A stretch of DNA of 60,000 nucleotides. Origin: Amphiscolops sp. MND2022 (taxonomy: Eukaryota). The stretch is taken from positions 42,100,001-42,160,000 of the forward strand of contig OZ076409.1 of NCBI GenBank assembly GCA_964187785.1. Direction: 5' to 3'. The notes under the pieces are model-generated. The model did no database searches, was not told where the DNA came from, and saw only the letters and a list, made by a program, of their open reading frames with translations. Positions 23,267-38,400 of the stretch are shown one piece after another (positions within the stretch are counted from its first letter, which is position 1; each line of letters begins with the position of its first letter). The position numbers were made by a program, and so were the translations under genes.

Positions 23267-26200
23267 ATGGAAAAGAAACTAAAATGATTTTTTATTAACG
23301 TACGAGGTCTGAATGCGAAAATAAGGTTGAACTTGATACAAGACGAAGTTAACAGGTACGATGTTATTGGCTTTGCAGAAACGCTAAGCAACTGTTTTCC
23401 TTCCAAATAGTTCGAGAGTTTTGACATCTTTTTTGGCGATGATCATAAAATATTAAAAGGGTATCATGGATTGGCACTTTTAGTCAGGAAAGATATACCG
23501 CATTACTTTTTTGAAACAGATCTTGGTCTGTGGGTTCGGATCCCAAACTTCGAAGCTCCGTTATTGGTAGGATTGTATTATATGCCCTGTGAAAATTGTA
23601 GAAACTGGAATAAGGATACCTTCGCATCAATTTTGGAAGATATAGGACGAATAAAAACAGAAGACAGTGAAATGGTTGTAATGGGGAATTTTAATGCAAG
23701 AACTGGCACCATGCAAGATTATATAGACATAGATGGCGAAGATCTTCAGCCATCTGAACGAACAAACAAAGACTCTAAAGTAAATACAAATGGACGGTCA
23801 TTGATTGACGTATGTAAAACAACTGATATGATGATACTGAACGGGCGAAGTGGCAAGGATAGAGGTGTTGGTAACTTTACTTGTAACAATTACAACGGAA
23901 AGAGTGTGGTAGATTATATAATAGCTGACAATTCGTTGATAGATAAACTGTTAAATTTTGAATTAAAACAGTTTGATCCAAGTCTATCAGACGTCCACTG
24001 CGGTCTAAAAGTTGAAGTTTTAAGAGCTATAGATGTGGAAGTTAATAAAAACAATGAATGTATCGGTGGAACGAAAAAATTCTGGAATGATGTGTTGAAG
24101 TCCAATTTTTTAAGGTCACTGGAAAATCAAGACCTTAGTAACATTTGTAATTTGCTAAAAAATAAAAATGCAACATTGTCTGAAATCAATGAAATTGATC
24201 GAGAATTGAGACGTATACTTGTTGAATCTGCAGAAATATCTAATGTTTTACGTACCCCACGTCGAGTGCCTAGAAAAAACCAATGGTTCGACATGGAATG
24301 TCATGTAAAAAGGACTCAATATAGAAGTATGTGTAGGAACTCGCTAAGCATAACTCAAAAAAAGCAGCGCTGAAAAGTGACAAAAACTTTATACTCCTGA
24401 AAAAGAAAACGTTCTTGAAAAATTTCAATGAAAAACTATTGAGACTACGATCGAAAAACTCTAAAGAATACTGGTTGGTAATAGGGAGTTTGAAATGTAA
24501 AAGCTCTCTCCCCAAATTACATGTGAAAAGTTTCTCTGAACACTTTCAACATTTGCATTTGCTACCATCGAGCTTTTGTATTGATGATGTAGAGTCCACC
24601 GAAAGGGACATCAATGTTGAATTGAATAAAAATTTTAGTTGTGAAGAGGTGAGGGAATCTCTGCAAAATCTTAAATGCGGGAAATCAGCTGGTCAAGATA
24701 ATATTCAACAGGAATTTCTGAAATATGTTCCTGGGAACCTTGTCGAAGTACTTAATAGTTTTTTCAACCTAGTTTCAAAGACAGGAATTGTCCCTGATGA
24801 TTGGGCTCTGTCAACTATATGTCCAATTCATAAGAAGGGACCAATGACCGACCCTAATAATTATCGGGGAATTTCGTTGATTAATTGCATCGGAAAAGTT
24901 TTCTCGTCAATTATAAGTACCAGAATCAAACACTATTTAGATTTAACAAACAGAATTGGTTCGGAACAGGCTGGCTTCAGAAAAGGACACGGCTGCGAGG
25001 ACCATACTTTCTGACTAAAATTCTATCTTCGTATTTGGCAAATGGCGAAAGAGTGTACGCCACCTTTCTCGATTATGAAAAAGCATTCAATTTAGTTGAT
25101 CGAGCAATTCTTTGGAAGAAGTTACAGGATCATAATATCAATGGAAATGTTTTCAATGTCATACGTAGTCTTTAATCAAAAACAAAAGCATGTGTCAAAG
25201 TGGGCAACTGTTATTCTAGTTTTTTCAAATGTGAGGTTGGTGTTAGGCAGGGTGATAATTTATCACCACTATTGTTCACAATTTTTGTAAATGACTTCAA
25301 AGCATACTTGCAAAATCATTGTAACGGATTGAACTTTCTATCGAACTCAATGAAGAGCAACCTGGATGTCGACGAGAAAATCTTTGCACTTCTGTATGCT
25401 GATGATACCATTATTTTGACAGAAAGCGAAAATGGCATGCAAAAAACCTTAAATGCTGCATGTCAATATTGCAGAAATTTTAATATTCTAGTAAATTGCT
25501 CCAAGACAAAACATATGATCTTCTCCAGGGGAAAGGTTCGTAAATCGACAGTGATGTTTATAAACAACAGCCCAATTGAAAGAGTTGACAGTTTTTGCTA
25601 TTTAGGAGTGATTTTCAAGTACAATAACACCTTTCGACTAACGATAAAAAACAACGTTGACAAAGCAAAGAAGGCGTTGTTCAAATTGAGAGCCGAAACA
25701 AGTGGACATAAACTCGCAATACAAACAAAACTACACTTGTTTGACTCAATTGTTTTACCGATCCTAACCTATGGTTGCGAAGTTTGGGGACATGAACTTT
25801 ATGAACAGATTGAAAGTTTCCATCGGAATTTTTTGCGAACGCTTTTAAACGTTAGGAACAGTACTCCAAATGCTATGATTTACGGTGAATTAGGTGGAAA
25901 TGAAATAAAATACAAATTTGGCTTCGAATTTTGGGTTTCTGGAAAAAGTTGAGCGACGACAAAAACAAACTCTCGTCCCTTATGTACAAGTACTTACGAA
26001 AAATTTTCCCCTCAGACAAATGGTTGTCTTGTGTTCAAACAGTACTGATAGAATGCGGAATCCCCGGTGCTTATCACTTTACCGAAAATGTTAATGAAGC
26101 TCACTTTAAAGAATATACCAAGAACAAGCTACAGGATGTGTCAATACAACAGTGGAACACATCAGTGAAAAACAACTCACTCAGCAGATTGTACGCTTCA

Positions 26201-26624
26201 TATAAGTACAAATATCGAATCGAGCCATATGTTTTTACCTTGAGGACAAAACCCAGAATTGAATTGAGTAGATTTCGACGTGCTGCACTGATTATAACAG
26301 ACGTCAGGGAAAAATTTACAGGGGTAAAAGAGACACATTGCCCACTTTGTAATAATCAGGTGAATGCTGATGAGTACCATTTTTTACTTGTCTGTACTGA
26401 GTTAAAAGACTTACGTGCAAAATACCTAAGCAAGTGCTACCAACATAACCCCAGTCTGCTGAAACTTGACCAACTGATGAACTTGACAAGCACCGTAAGA
26501 TTAACGCACCTTAGTATGTATTGTAAATTGGTCACCGACCGTGTCCGCTGTAAAATTGAAAGTTTGAGTTTTGTACACCCTTCGGGGTAACGAAAGTGAA
26601 TTAAATATTCATTCATCATTCATC
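23267..26624 (+). mobile_element. LINE ORF2 (APE + RT + CCHC), frameshifted; RTEX-like; ATTC-type 3' tail
   Basis: INVRGL, GNFNARTG, SVVDY, SDVH (APE); NYRGISL, EQAGFR, GVRQGDNLSPLLF, LYADD (RT); YGELG; CPLC..DEYHFLLVC; tail ATTCATTCATCATTCATC. Clade is inferred from motifs. Confidence 0.9.
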
Positions 26625-26984
26625 TTACGTGATCGGAGTATGTCAGCGAGGCTCACTCAAATAATTTGGAAACATCTAATGGGTCTTCCAATTGATAAAT
26701 CGGCTAGTTGAGCGGTCGTCCGATTCAGCTCAACTCGGTTATACCACTGATTCATTTGGACACCGCTGCTTGCATTTGTAATTTCTGTCTCGCATCTGTG
26801 AGTCCTGTGATTTAAAAATGGAACGTTTATTTGGTGATGAAGTTTTGAAGGCCTTACGATATTCATGGTTGGTCTTTTATAAGTTATTCATCGTAAATAA
26901 CAAACTTACATGTTAAAAACGTAAATAACATAAAATGTTAATTATTTCTTCACAAACAGAACTTGAACAATTTTATTGGACATT

Positions 26985-28173
26985 CATTTGTTTGTAGAGA
27001 AATGCGAGTTTCCCCGCTTTTTCGACCCCAAGCTGAATTCTTCGCTTCCCGTATGTGAGCCCCACTATGAACTGGGACTCCCGTCCACTTCGTAACCGTC
27101 CAACATTTTGTAGGGGTTCTCTCTCGCGATGTATTTCATCAGGTCACTGACGCAGCTGGGTTTGCACTCTTTGATGCATTCCATTGCCTTTGAAGTCTCC
27201 ACAGCGTCCAATTTAGCACCTCGGTACCGTGGGTCTATCAGATAGGCGGCGAGAAACACGTTTGTGATAGCTTGTTTTGATCGCTTCCATATCTTTTCTT
27301 GGAACTGACATGGCGCCTGAATCCGAAGCCCGTGCTAAATATCGAAGACGTCTCCCATTACTGCCGAATCATTTTGCAGACGATCCAATGCAATACTGAT
27401 GGGTTGAAAAATTTGCAAGAGCTCCGAAGCTACCCTTTTAAGGCCAACATCTTGCATGTCCCTGTAAATTTTGTCTCCAGGCTTGAATGCTTCATTTACA
27501 ATAACCACTATTGATGACCAATGCGTGCAAAAATAACTGAGGGTTTCATGTAGAGAATTCCAGCGAATCTCACTGGAAATTGGCGGCCGAGGAAGATTCT
27601 TTTCTTTGAGGAGGGCAAATTCCGCTGGTGAACTCGAAGATGCTTGACGAAACCGATGATTCTTGACACATTTTGTACAGAGCTCGTTATGTTCTTGCAC
27701 AAAAAATTGAGTATATAAGCTTGGCAACCATATGTGTGAATCAACTGCTCTGGCGCCTTGATCGAATTTCGCATACCAGACATATTGGTTGCATTATCGG
27801 TAACAACGGCAGTTACTTTGACGTTCCAATCCTCTTGATACTTAATTTCATTTCGTTCCAGGGCGAAGTAATTTTACGAACTCAGGATTTTCTGCCTGCA
27901 GAAATGCGGTATTAGATGCAATAAAATAATGAAGAATTTGAATGTTGATGTCTTCTTGCTTAGCATTTGAACAGCAGCGTAACACCGACTGAACCAGTTT
28001 TGGAGCCTTCGAAGTAGGATCATCATCAGTTTTTTCGCATCTTGTCAAATGAGATTTCAATCGTTCAGGGTTGTTGACAACAGTTTCCTTGGATTTTTTG
28101 CATTCTCCACGAGACTCCGTCAACTTTAACTTCTTTGAAGTTTGACCAAATATCGCTTTTTCTCCGTCCTATA
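26985..28173 (-). pseudogene. Degenerate hAT transposase
   Basis: GRRKSDIWSNF..RLKSHL..C (BED-like), VVTDNATNM, YGCQAYILN, EIRWNS, AAYLIDPRYRG, KRRIQLGVEKAGKL; multiple frameshifts and deletions. Confidence 0.85.
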
Positions 28174-28619
28174 GTTCAACTCAATCAGAAACGCGTTGAA
28201 GTATAGTAGTTGGCTCTAAAGTAGGAGTGTTCATCAACGAAAAGGTTCTGAAACTGTTATTTTAAAATATTCAATTTGACAGCTGTTATTTAAAGGCACG
28301 TTAAATACCATGTTATTTATATTGACCAACGTTGACGATACTTCGAGTTTCTCAAATACTGTAAATTTTTATAGAAGAGAATACAAACATCTATTTTTCG
28401 GATTTGGTCTTCAAAATCTCATTTTGAAAGTCTAGTTTCCAAGCTATTGTTCAAGATGCCCATCATTGACTAATTACACTAGGAATATATGAATCTCTCT
28501 AAGGTTCGCATGTAAAAAAGATAATCACAAACTCGGTGTCTTTAATCGATACCCATTCGACAGCAAAATGTGGCATTCCAAACATTGATATCAATTAGGG
28601 GTTCAATTCTCCTATGACA

Positions 28620-29490
28620 GAAAAATAGAAATTTTGAACATTGTCACAATGCCGAAAATGTAAAAGGGGAACCCTTCTGGTTTTTTAACATCCATTCTGT
28701 TACAAAATTGAAGGGTACCCTTTGGTGCAATCCAAAAAATTTCAAAAAAAGTCTCAGTGCCGAAATAAATCGATGTGGAAAACACCAAGATAGCCAAAGG
28801 GGATCCTTAGGATGTTTTCGAGGTTCTGGACGTCGGTTGTTTTTTGTTTTGGACGAAGTTCTGACGTTTCGAGTATGTTTTAAACGTAGTTACTTCAAGT
28901 TGTTGAACAAATGAACAAAAAAGTGGACTTTACGCGTGTAAAAAAATAACCCACTGTAAGAGTCGGGCACTTTTACCCACCAATTTTTGAAAATCGCTTT
29001 TTCGTCGGGAAAGTGTTTCGTGGTGCCGGAAAAGAAGCTTTAAGCTCGCAAAAGCATTTCTCAAGCCGAAAACATTTATGAGAGTAAATGGATACCTTTG
29101 ACTAAAAAATGTTTCTCGAAAAAAAACTCACAGTGCCCAAAAAACCGTAAGTATATTGAAAACTATTGAGAAAACTATAATCAGTCCGACTGGATCTGAA
29201 AACAACAAAAATGCCAACTTTTAGACTTGGAAAACAAGTTTCTTATAACAAAACAGAAAAAACAAGGTCAGAAAAACTTTTTGGGCAATTTCAAATTCTC
29301 CTCTGAATTTTTTTTTCGAAAAGTCGCATAGTACCGAAAAACTAAAGGGACCCTCTATGTTCGCAAAACCATTGTTGAGAAACAAGGGGGGCTTCGGTAG
29401 AAAAAGTCGCATAGGGGCAGGAAAACCCAAAGGGGGACATGTTACCGTATGTAGGGGCACTTTGGACTTTGCTCTATCTTGCCAATCATG
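28620..29490 (-). repeat. Partial or rearranged family A segments
   Basis: AGTGCCGAAA / GGGACCC / AACATCCATTCTGTT units and ACTGTAAGAGTCGGGCAC end motif. Confidence 0.65.
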
Positions 29491-30982
29491 AACAAGCCGG
29501 GAACGGCCCAAGTCGGCGACATATCTAAGGCTCAAAAATAGCAAAAGGACTTCAAAGTGTCAAGTATTCTCTTCTACAGTACCCGCATGAGGAAAAAATT
29601 GAAAAATCCGAAATTTTTTCGAACTTTTTTTGGTCTCCGGTAAGTCGCATAGTGCCAAAAAATGTAGAAGGGAGCCTTTTGTGAGGTTTTGAACATCCAT
29701 TCATTTGCAAAATAGAAAAAAAATGAAGAGGGGACCCTTTGGAGACATTTCAAAACTTTGCGGAAAAAACTCACAAAACCGAAATAACCTGCACAAAAAA
29801 ATTTTGGTCAAGGGCGGGACTCGAACCCACGACCTTCTGCTTGGCAGACCTCAAAAAAAGCCTATTTAACCTCTATGCCAAGTGCCAGTAGAAGTCGTGT
29901 GGCAGTTAGTGTTCTGACCCCCTGTTTCGTTTCTGGTAAAAATTGAGGAGGGGCTTCGGTGAAAACATATTTTAAAAAAGTCGCATAGGAAAAACACCGG
30001 TCTTTAAAAAAAAACAAAAATCGGATATAGCGTGTTGCGCCTGAGAAAACCTAAAATTTAAGACGAAAATTATTCCTTTTGAAAAATCTCACAATGCCGA
30101 AAACTGTAAAAGGGGGCCCTCTGAGATTTTTTTACATCCATTCTGTTGCAAAATTGAAGGGGGACCTTTTGGAAAAAAACAAATTTTAATGGCAGTCTCA
30201 TAGTACCGAAAAATCTGAAAAAGGGACCATTTGGAATTTTTTAACATTCCTTCTGTTGCAAGATATCAAACAAATTGAAGGGGGGACCCTTTGGGGACAT
30301 TAAAAAATTTTCGAAAAAACGTCTCACAAAGCCGAAAGGGGAGGGGGAAGTCTCATAGTGCCGAAAAAAGTGAGAACGTTCTGCTTCGGATATTTGTAAA
30401 AAAAATTAGCGCATACGCACGGGTAAGAACACGAACCCTCTGGGTTGAAAAGCAAGCATTTAACCACTGGACCACGAACACCTGAACTATGCGACTTGCG
30501 GGCTGAAACGAGAGAGTTGTCGCCCGGGAAAAATCACCCGCACTTTCCCATAACACTTGCTTATCTCAAGTGTAATAAGGTGGATATATATTGAGAAAAC
30601 CTAATATCAGATGAGAATTTTGAACAAAATGAGAAAGTTTAACAGTCTATAGTGCCGAAAAATCTAAAAGGGGGGACCTTTCGGGATTTTTTAACATCAA
30701 TTCTGTTGCAAAAGACCAAGAAAATTCAAGGGGACCCATGGGACACATTAAAAAGTCTCATGGCGCCGAACAAAAAAATGAAAGGGGGACCCTTCTTCTT
30801 TGGAATGGTTTTGTATTTCATGTAAGAGGCTTTGGATGCGTTCAAAACCAAATACTAAATAGTTATGGACCAAGTGCACAGTGCCAGTGCACAAAAAGTG
30901 GGCCATTTAGAGTGAGACTGACAAAAAACAAGTCACTGTGATAGTCGGGTTTTTTCCTTAATGGAAAAGCGCCTACTAAAAA
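29491..30982 (-). mobile_element. Helentron-like family A, long copy with tRNA-like fragments
   Basis: AACAAGCCGGGAACGGCCCAAGTCGGCG.. to ..AGTCGGG..GCGCCTACTAAAA; B box GGTTCGAGTCC on minus strand near 29820. Confidence 0.75.
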
Positions 30983-32422
30983 CACATCAAGACAATTTTG
31001 AAATCCGAATAACTTCTGGCTCAAACTGGTCATTTCTAACGTTGATCATATTTCTCACATAAGTTTCGAGCTTTAATTTTATTCACTGGATCCGATTCCA
31101 AGAAACTTTGCTTCGCAGCAAAATTACTATTTCGTTCAATACGTTAAATATTCGGGGTTGGACGCCAAAATCGGAACAAGTGTATGCATCTGATAAAGTC
31201 CATTCTTTAAAGCAAATAGTGTAAGTCCAAGGCCAAAAGTTCGAACCTGATAGCACTCACAGCCCAAGAGCCTTCACTAGGAAACTTTAATCACATTGCC
31301 AGAGAACTACTTTTGAAGTCACTGGAAAAGCTCTGCTTGCAAAAAGAATTGATATTATATAGGTAATGGAATTTGAAATGGCAAACACCATTATGACGAG
31401 AAAATAATTTGGGTAGTTTACTATCATCATATGAATCAACTAAAAATATGAAAACGCTAAAACTACAGTTGTATCAACGGAGAAAATTAAATTGTTGGAT
31501 GTAGCACAAAAATATCGGCATCTATCTGCGCTGAAATTTTCCGCACTGTCAACCAACTAAAAGTCAACATCAAAGACTTGTTTACTGAAACATGTTCACT
31601 AAACACGTTTAATTGCAATAAAATGATAAATACGCAGACGTAGCCTTGAATTCCCGAAATTAATTCAAAAACTTTTACACTCGATATTCAGCGGTTTTTT
31701 ATTCGAACTTTTATTGGAAAAATGAGGATTATTTGAACTGAGCTAATCCACACTTTTCCCCCAATTTACTCACAATTTGATTTACAAAACAAGACTGCGT
31801 CTGTCCGATTTGCGTTTCAAACGTCAACAAAAAATTTATAGCTAGACTGTAAATCAAACTCCGGTTATAATAAATTGGTAGTGAATTTGCATTTATTTAA
31901 TACAGCATATCTATCTGAATGTTAGTTGTTCTCATATAATAATAGTGATTTGCACGATAGTCGTGTAAAACGTTGGACATTGTACCATTTTAAATAGAAA
32001 CAGTAGAAAGATAGAAGTGGTCTCTAATCTAATTGAAACAAACAACCAGTAGCACAAATTAGGAGTGTGCACACACAACCGACATCGACACATTTTTGTG
32101 ACGAGATTGATTCAGTGAAAATATTCGGACCAAAAAATCACACAATGAGAAAAATATTAAAGCTCAAAATATTGAGAAAATCTTTACAAGAATGTATAAT
32201 CATAATGAATAAACAAACATCTGATTCGAACAACAACACGGTGCTACGGTACTGACAGGATTAATTCTATGTTGAGATATTGCTACTTCGGGTCAATCGG
32301 GTGCCTTGCTGCCTGATTCAGTTCCCAGAACTACTCAAGCGACGGCAACAGAAACGACAGCCATGACGTCATTATTTGAAATTGAGCAGATTGAATTATT
32401 GTTCGCACAGGTGCTGCTGCTG

Positions 32423-35400
32423 CTATCTGCGGAATATGGATGAATGGATTTGGTATGCATCGTGAAAACTGGTGGGGCCGCCGCCACTCATGTCTATTAC
32501 GTGTACTTGCGGCGGCGGGGGAGGTAGTTGATGAGGATTAGGGTGTTGAGGGGCAGAATTTTGGCCCAATTGTGTAGAGTAGGGGAGCTGGTAGGTAGGG
32601 TACACTTGATTGGATCCAGGGGTGTTGCTTAGTGTCAGGGAGGAGTCGGCAGATCTAAGGTGGGAGAAGTCAGCAGAGTTTGCATCTATACCGGCGGAAC
32701 CAGCAGCCGCACTCAAAACAATGGCCCCCACAGGAATTTGGTAGTTATTCGTCTCCATTTCGTTGAAAGCCGCCGCCGCCGGTGACTTGCCAATACAAAC
32801 ATTTTGATACTCGCTCATTGAAGTGTCCATCGATTGAAGATGCATGCTTGTCGCTGCCGACAGTCCAGAAGGATTAGAAGCACTTAGAAGTTGCTGCTGA
32901 GCACTAGAGGGGTTGAACACGCCTCCGAAAGTGGCCTCGCTTTGGAATGTAGGTGCAACCTGAACGATAGATATTTATTTCAAAAATTTCTAAATCTACG
33001 TCCTTAAAATGAGTTAAGGACAGCACCGTGTTTTTATAGTGACTTCACGCACCTGAGAAGCTTTTATCGCCATTGAATATTGAAGTTCGACAACTTTCCA
33101 ATCAAATAAGCTTTGATTTGCAATTTTTAAGCTCTGCTGTCTATTCTCCCCGGTCTATTGTTTCTACTATCAAAAAGGTGAAAAGGGACCGTGCGCACTG
33201 AAATCACAAAGCTATATCATACAGCAAGGTGTTCAAATCAAATCGAAGGTTTTTGTGTCCTTGTCTTATAAGGTCAATCATTTTAGCTAAACTTGAATTG
33301 GGGATGTGTGCATACCTGAGGTGTGGAGCTATGATGCACAGCTGAGGGTATACCAGGTAGGCCAGTTTGACTTATAGGCACGTGTACAGGCGGCGGTGGA
33401 GCTAGTCTAGTCACGTTGTCATTAATGGGAGAGGGCGTATTGTGAGAGATAGTAGGCACAGAATAGATTTTTGGAGGCGTAGATGAGATGCTATTCATGG
33501 CAGCAGAACTGTCACTAGTTTGTTGTCGGTGCATTTTCATATGCGCGTTTCGACTCTTCACCTTCGTAAAAATCCTTAAAAGGAAACAAATTATAATGTC
33601 TTCTTTCTAACAGACTAACACGAAATATTCATCCACCATACCCCGTTTAAATTTTTACTTCATTTCCAGATTTGACAAGTTCAGTCTAAAGGCAGAAACA
33701 AAAACTCGTGTCATCTTTTTTCGTTTTAAAAACAAGTGATATGTTCTTTGTGTCAAAAATGATCGCCTCATTCAAATTTAGAATTTCTACAACAAACCTT
33801 CATCTCTTCAAACTAATCGAGATCTGAAATCAATAATATCAAAAATGGATGAAAATTAGCCATATCTATCTAACTTGCACAAAATTGGTCGCAAACTTTC
33901 AAAAGCGATTCAGTAAATTTGTTCTAATACAGAAAACTTTTTTGGCCTTCCCAAAGTGATTATTTCTTTCGGAGAAGTCGACTTCTAGTTCATCACACTG
34001 CAATAAACATAATTGGAATGGGAAGAGTACGCATGGATCTCTGTCTTAATATCCGCATAATCAATGCGATCGATTATTTTAATCATTGAATTCTTTTACG
34101 AATCTTTCAATTTTTTAAACAAAATAATTCAGGTTTATTGCTCAGTAAAGCCGTGCATTCTTGACAGTTGGACAATTTTTGGGCACAACTCACTTTCCGC
34201 AAACTTCGCAAGGAAAGTGGCCGTATGCAGATACAGGAGAGGTATCTAAACCGTCTTCCGTGCAAATTGAAGGCACACTGCTTTTTGCACTTTGTCGTAC
34301 TTCAGCTGACATTCTACTGGTGCTGCTGTTCAAAGAGGTCGGGAGGTAGTTGACGTCACCACTTAAGTGTCTCTGAAGGTCATTCAGACTATCTTGGGGA
34401 CTCGACCCATGAGCATCGAAACAAGACGAACTGACAGACGACATCACATTGGATTGCAACTGGGCCGAGCTGGAAAGACCTACATGACAGCTTCGGACAT
34501 GTTCGTTCAACAAAGACGCCGAATCAAACTGCATGTAGCAACCCTCATACTGACAACTCAGTTTGCGTCGTTTGAAACTTGTCATGCCGCCCGAGCATGA
34601 GGCCCCCCCACCGCTAGAGTTGGAGGAGGTGCTGGGGTAGCGGTGCTTTTGAGGTGAGCCCGACAAACGCCTAGTTCCACCACAGTTTTCAGCACCCTCT
34701 GGCATATCTGCATTGTTTTCAGACACGGATTTTTGGTACTCTTTTCTGCAAACCAACTTCCAAGAGTAGTAATATTCCACAACTTCTTTCAATGTTTTGT
34801 CAGGAAGCTGAAATGGAAAAGCATTTCATGAAACATGCACGTTAATATTAGGTATGTCACGATGAAATAGAAGTCGTAATAAGATGAAAGCTTGAGAGAA
34901 TATAAAGAGATCAATTCATTCATCACTCTATATACGGTTCCATCATCAAATACATCTTTTTAGTCGGCGTCTTTTCCCCCGACTATTACAATGGATAGTT
35001 TTTTTCAGCCTACAATCTCACTCTGAATGGTCCACTTTTGTTACTATTCTTACAATTCTTCCTTAGCTTACGAAGTAGTATCTTTACATCATCTGAGAAA
35101 CTCAACGGGGCCAAAGGGTACTCCCTTAGAGTATTTTCGGCTCTGTGAGACTTTTTTTGAAAAAAATGTTTCACCAAAGGGTCCCCCTTCAATTTTTTGA
35201 TAATTTCCGATAGAATGGATGTTGAAAAATCCCAAAGGGTCCCCTTTCTGTTTTTTTCGGCATTATGAGACTTTTTCCAAATTTTTTTTCATAAAAGGGT
35301 CCCCAATTCACAATACTTTGACATTTTGAAGTCCTTCAGCTATTTTTGAGCCTTAGATATGGCGCCGACTTGGGCCGTTACCGGCTAGTTACGAATTTTC

Positions 35401-38400
35401 CTTTATACCTTTTTAAAATGTCTACTCCAGTTTTAATATTTTGATTTATTCATGATTGAACCATAATAGGACCTGGTATTGTCCGCCAATAGCTATTGTA
35501 ATGATACAGTAATTCAGACGTATTAAGAGCAATTAACTAAAATTAATTTAGGATGAAATTGTGGAAGGTTAAAAATGCACAGGACGAATTGCCTTGACGC
35601 CGCTAAAAATTTAACGTGACAGACAAGTAAAACGAGAAATGGCACTAACGTTTGCTTTGATTCTGATGAAATCTTTCCCATAAATATTCCAGTTCTTGTC
35701 AAATTTTTTTCTCTCCTCAGTGGACCAATAAGCACTATCTGAAACACAAGAACAAAATCCTCTCAAAAGACGCCGGATGACGAATCCAAGAGCTCGTGGG
35801 TGGATACAAATACAGACAAGTCTCGACTATTTCAGAAATATAGAAGTATTTCAAAAGTTTTGTTAGCAAGATGAGATGCATGAAAGAACGAACTTTGATA
35901 ATGATAATCTTCCAGCGGGTCATTGAAGAAGACGCGTTGTTTTCTGCCCAGAATCTGTTTCATGGCCAACTTGACAGAGCCCCCAGCCTTGGCTAAGGCA
36001 TGGAAGGCCAACTCTGTGTTGCCGCCACCTCCATTCACACAACACGAATTAGCCGCTGAGAGGTATTGGTCAACTGAAACACACACTCAGTGTCAAAAAT
36101 TGGCAATAATTGCTAGATTGGCATCATGGGGCATTTTGAATGACACAAAAGTTGTCATTTCCAGGTTTTAGTTTTGAAACCCGACCTTGAATTCAAAAAG
36201 GAGTAATTGGAAAACCTATGATTGACTTTCCTCATTACAGCTGATTGCACAAGCGTTGATTTTCAAATACTAAATTTGGACAACAATATGGGTTTCCGTG
36301 AAAGGAAAATAAGCGCGAGTATCCCAAATACACATGATGCATCCTCGTTCTTTGGCAAAAAAACTTATGAAGCATCAAAACTACGAAAAATCCTGTTCAG
36401 TTTTTGTTTTCATCGCAAAGCGTACGGTCTCAGAATCTTTAAAAATCCAAAAATGTCAAGGCTGAGGCGACCTAGTTATAGAAAATCGATCAAGTAATCG
36501 TACTCAAGAACAATAAAATTCATAAATAATAGTCAAAGTAATTTACTCTCTAGGTCATTGGCAGACGAATCAAACATGGGAGCCCAAACAAGAACAGCTC
36601 GATCTTCAATTTCATCCGTGGGTGGCAACTTTCTCAATTCCGGCAACGCGGCCTGAAAACCGGGACCTACGTTGATTTTAGGTTCCAATTCTGGCTCATT
36701 CAAATTGTTCACGTCAGCACTGAAACTTCCTGAACGTTTGCCTAAAAACATAAGCAATTGTAATATATACCACCAAGAGATTAGATTCTAAAGATTGCAC
36801 ATTTATTAGATATCTGCTGCTCACTTCGTTTCAGCTGACAGTTTTCAACAGGTATATTGGGGAAACTACCGACAAACAGGCCAGGACCAGATCTTTTGGG
36901 AGTTAGCATCGGAGGCGGGGTATAAGGCGGTGGTTCCATGCCTACACTGAGCCTGAAGCATTGAAAACAATGTGATATAAAATTTTTATAACACATAACC
37001 CCATATTTGAAAATATCTTCTAATTAAAAATTCACCTGGGAGACTTAAGGCAACTCCTGAAGACACCAGTAGAGATATGTTTGGGAATATGCAAAGGTTT
37101 TGGTTTGAAGCTTCTTCTCATATTGCTGGGTGGCGAGTTGCTCTCTGATTTCTCTGAGTTCGAATTGTTCACTTTCCAGGGCTGGGCAGTCATCACACTG
37201 GGTGCTATGGATCCCGGGATCTTGAAAACCCCTGGAGGTGAAAGATTGTTGGATAACTTAGAGGGAGACACCGTAACCTCGCTTGTTGAATGGCGTCTGA
37301 TAGAACTGCTATTGCATATTGAACTCGTCTGGGCATTAAGAAGTAACTTATTTTCTATGCTAGTGCTGTCACTGTATTGCGCAGCGCAGTGTTGAGATGA
37401 GATTGCAGGGGTGGATATGGGCACTTCATTAGAACTCGTCACTCTTTCCTCATCTAAGCGACAGGGGAACGTGGCAACAGAGTTTCTTCTCAGAATGGGT
37501 TCATCTGGAAAAAGTTCATCCAATCGGTCAGGGGTCAAAAGCCCATTGGTTGCTGTTACTTGGCTGGATATAGAATATTCCCTTGATCTTGGTACTTCCA
37601 TAGATGGGTCAAATTTGAACAAGGAGTTGTCATTTTTGTCAACCGCAAATGACGCGGAAAGACAATGCTGGTAATACTGAGCGGTGAACTTGCCACCATT
37701 AGCAGTGTAACCCTGTGAAGGATGTAGAAAGGTACCGGGCTCAAAATTATTGGCGCTCTTTGGAATGACTAAGGGTTTAGGACACGTCGCTCGCAACCTT
37801 GAAGACACCGTCATATGACAATGTGCTTTTGAAATACAACTTGTAGGTGGTGCTACTTCGCCAGGAGGTAGGAAGGCATCGTCGTCGTCATCGTCAATGT
37901 CATCACAAAAATCTTGCATCTCGTTAGTCTCTGTCACTGAAATCGACGGTCGCACTTGCGACTGAACAGTGCTGTTGTATTCCATGGGCTTTTCTCTTTC
38001 TGCTCGGTTTCTTTTAGCACTAATTTCCCCAGGACTAACATCAATTGGTTTGGTTTGCAGCGGAGAGGTATCGCAAGCAAACGAATACTGACGCTGGTTC
38101 ATTTTTTCAAGTTCTCCGGCAATGAATTCGTCACATACATTTAGAAACTCGTCAATATCTGGTTTCGGATGTAACGCCCGTTCGTCAACGGAGTAACTAC
38201 GATTTCTAATCGACATGGGATCTGTTACTTTAGCTGCGTCTTGCAGGTGCTTGGGTATTGCTGAAGGCGTATGGAATCCACTCGAATGGGGATATGCTCT
38301 GGAATTATACCTGTTTTCTACACATTCACTGTACGGAGGTGGCTGAGAAATCTTTTTATGCATGCTCGAATGATTGCACGCATCAATGTTAGAATTACCA

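Noticed and set aside
29805..29855. tRNA gene candidate
   Set aside because: Only a 3'-half-like fragment embedded in a repeat
32395..32425. Possible readthrough of TAG-CAG-CAG
   Set aside because: Not the CARYYA context and would add only ~8 residues
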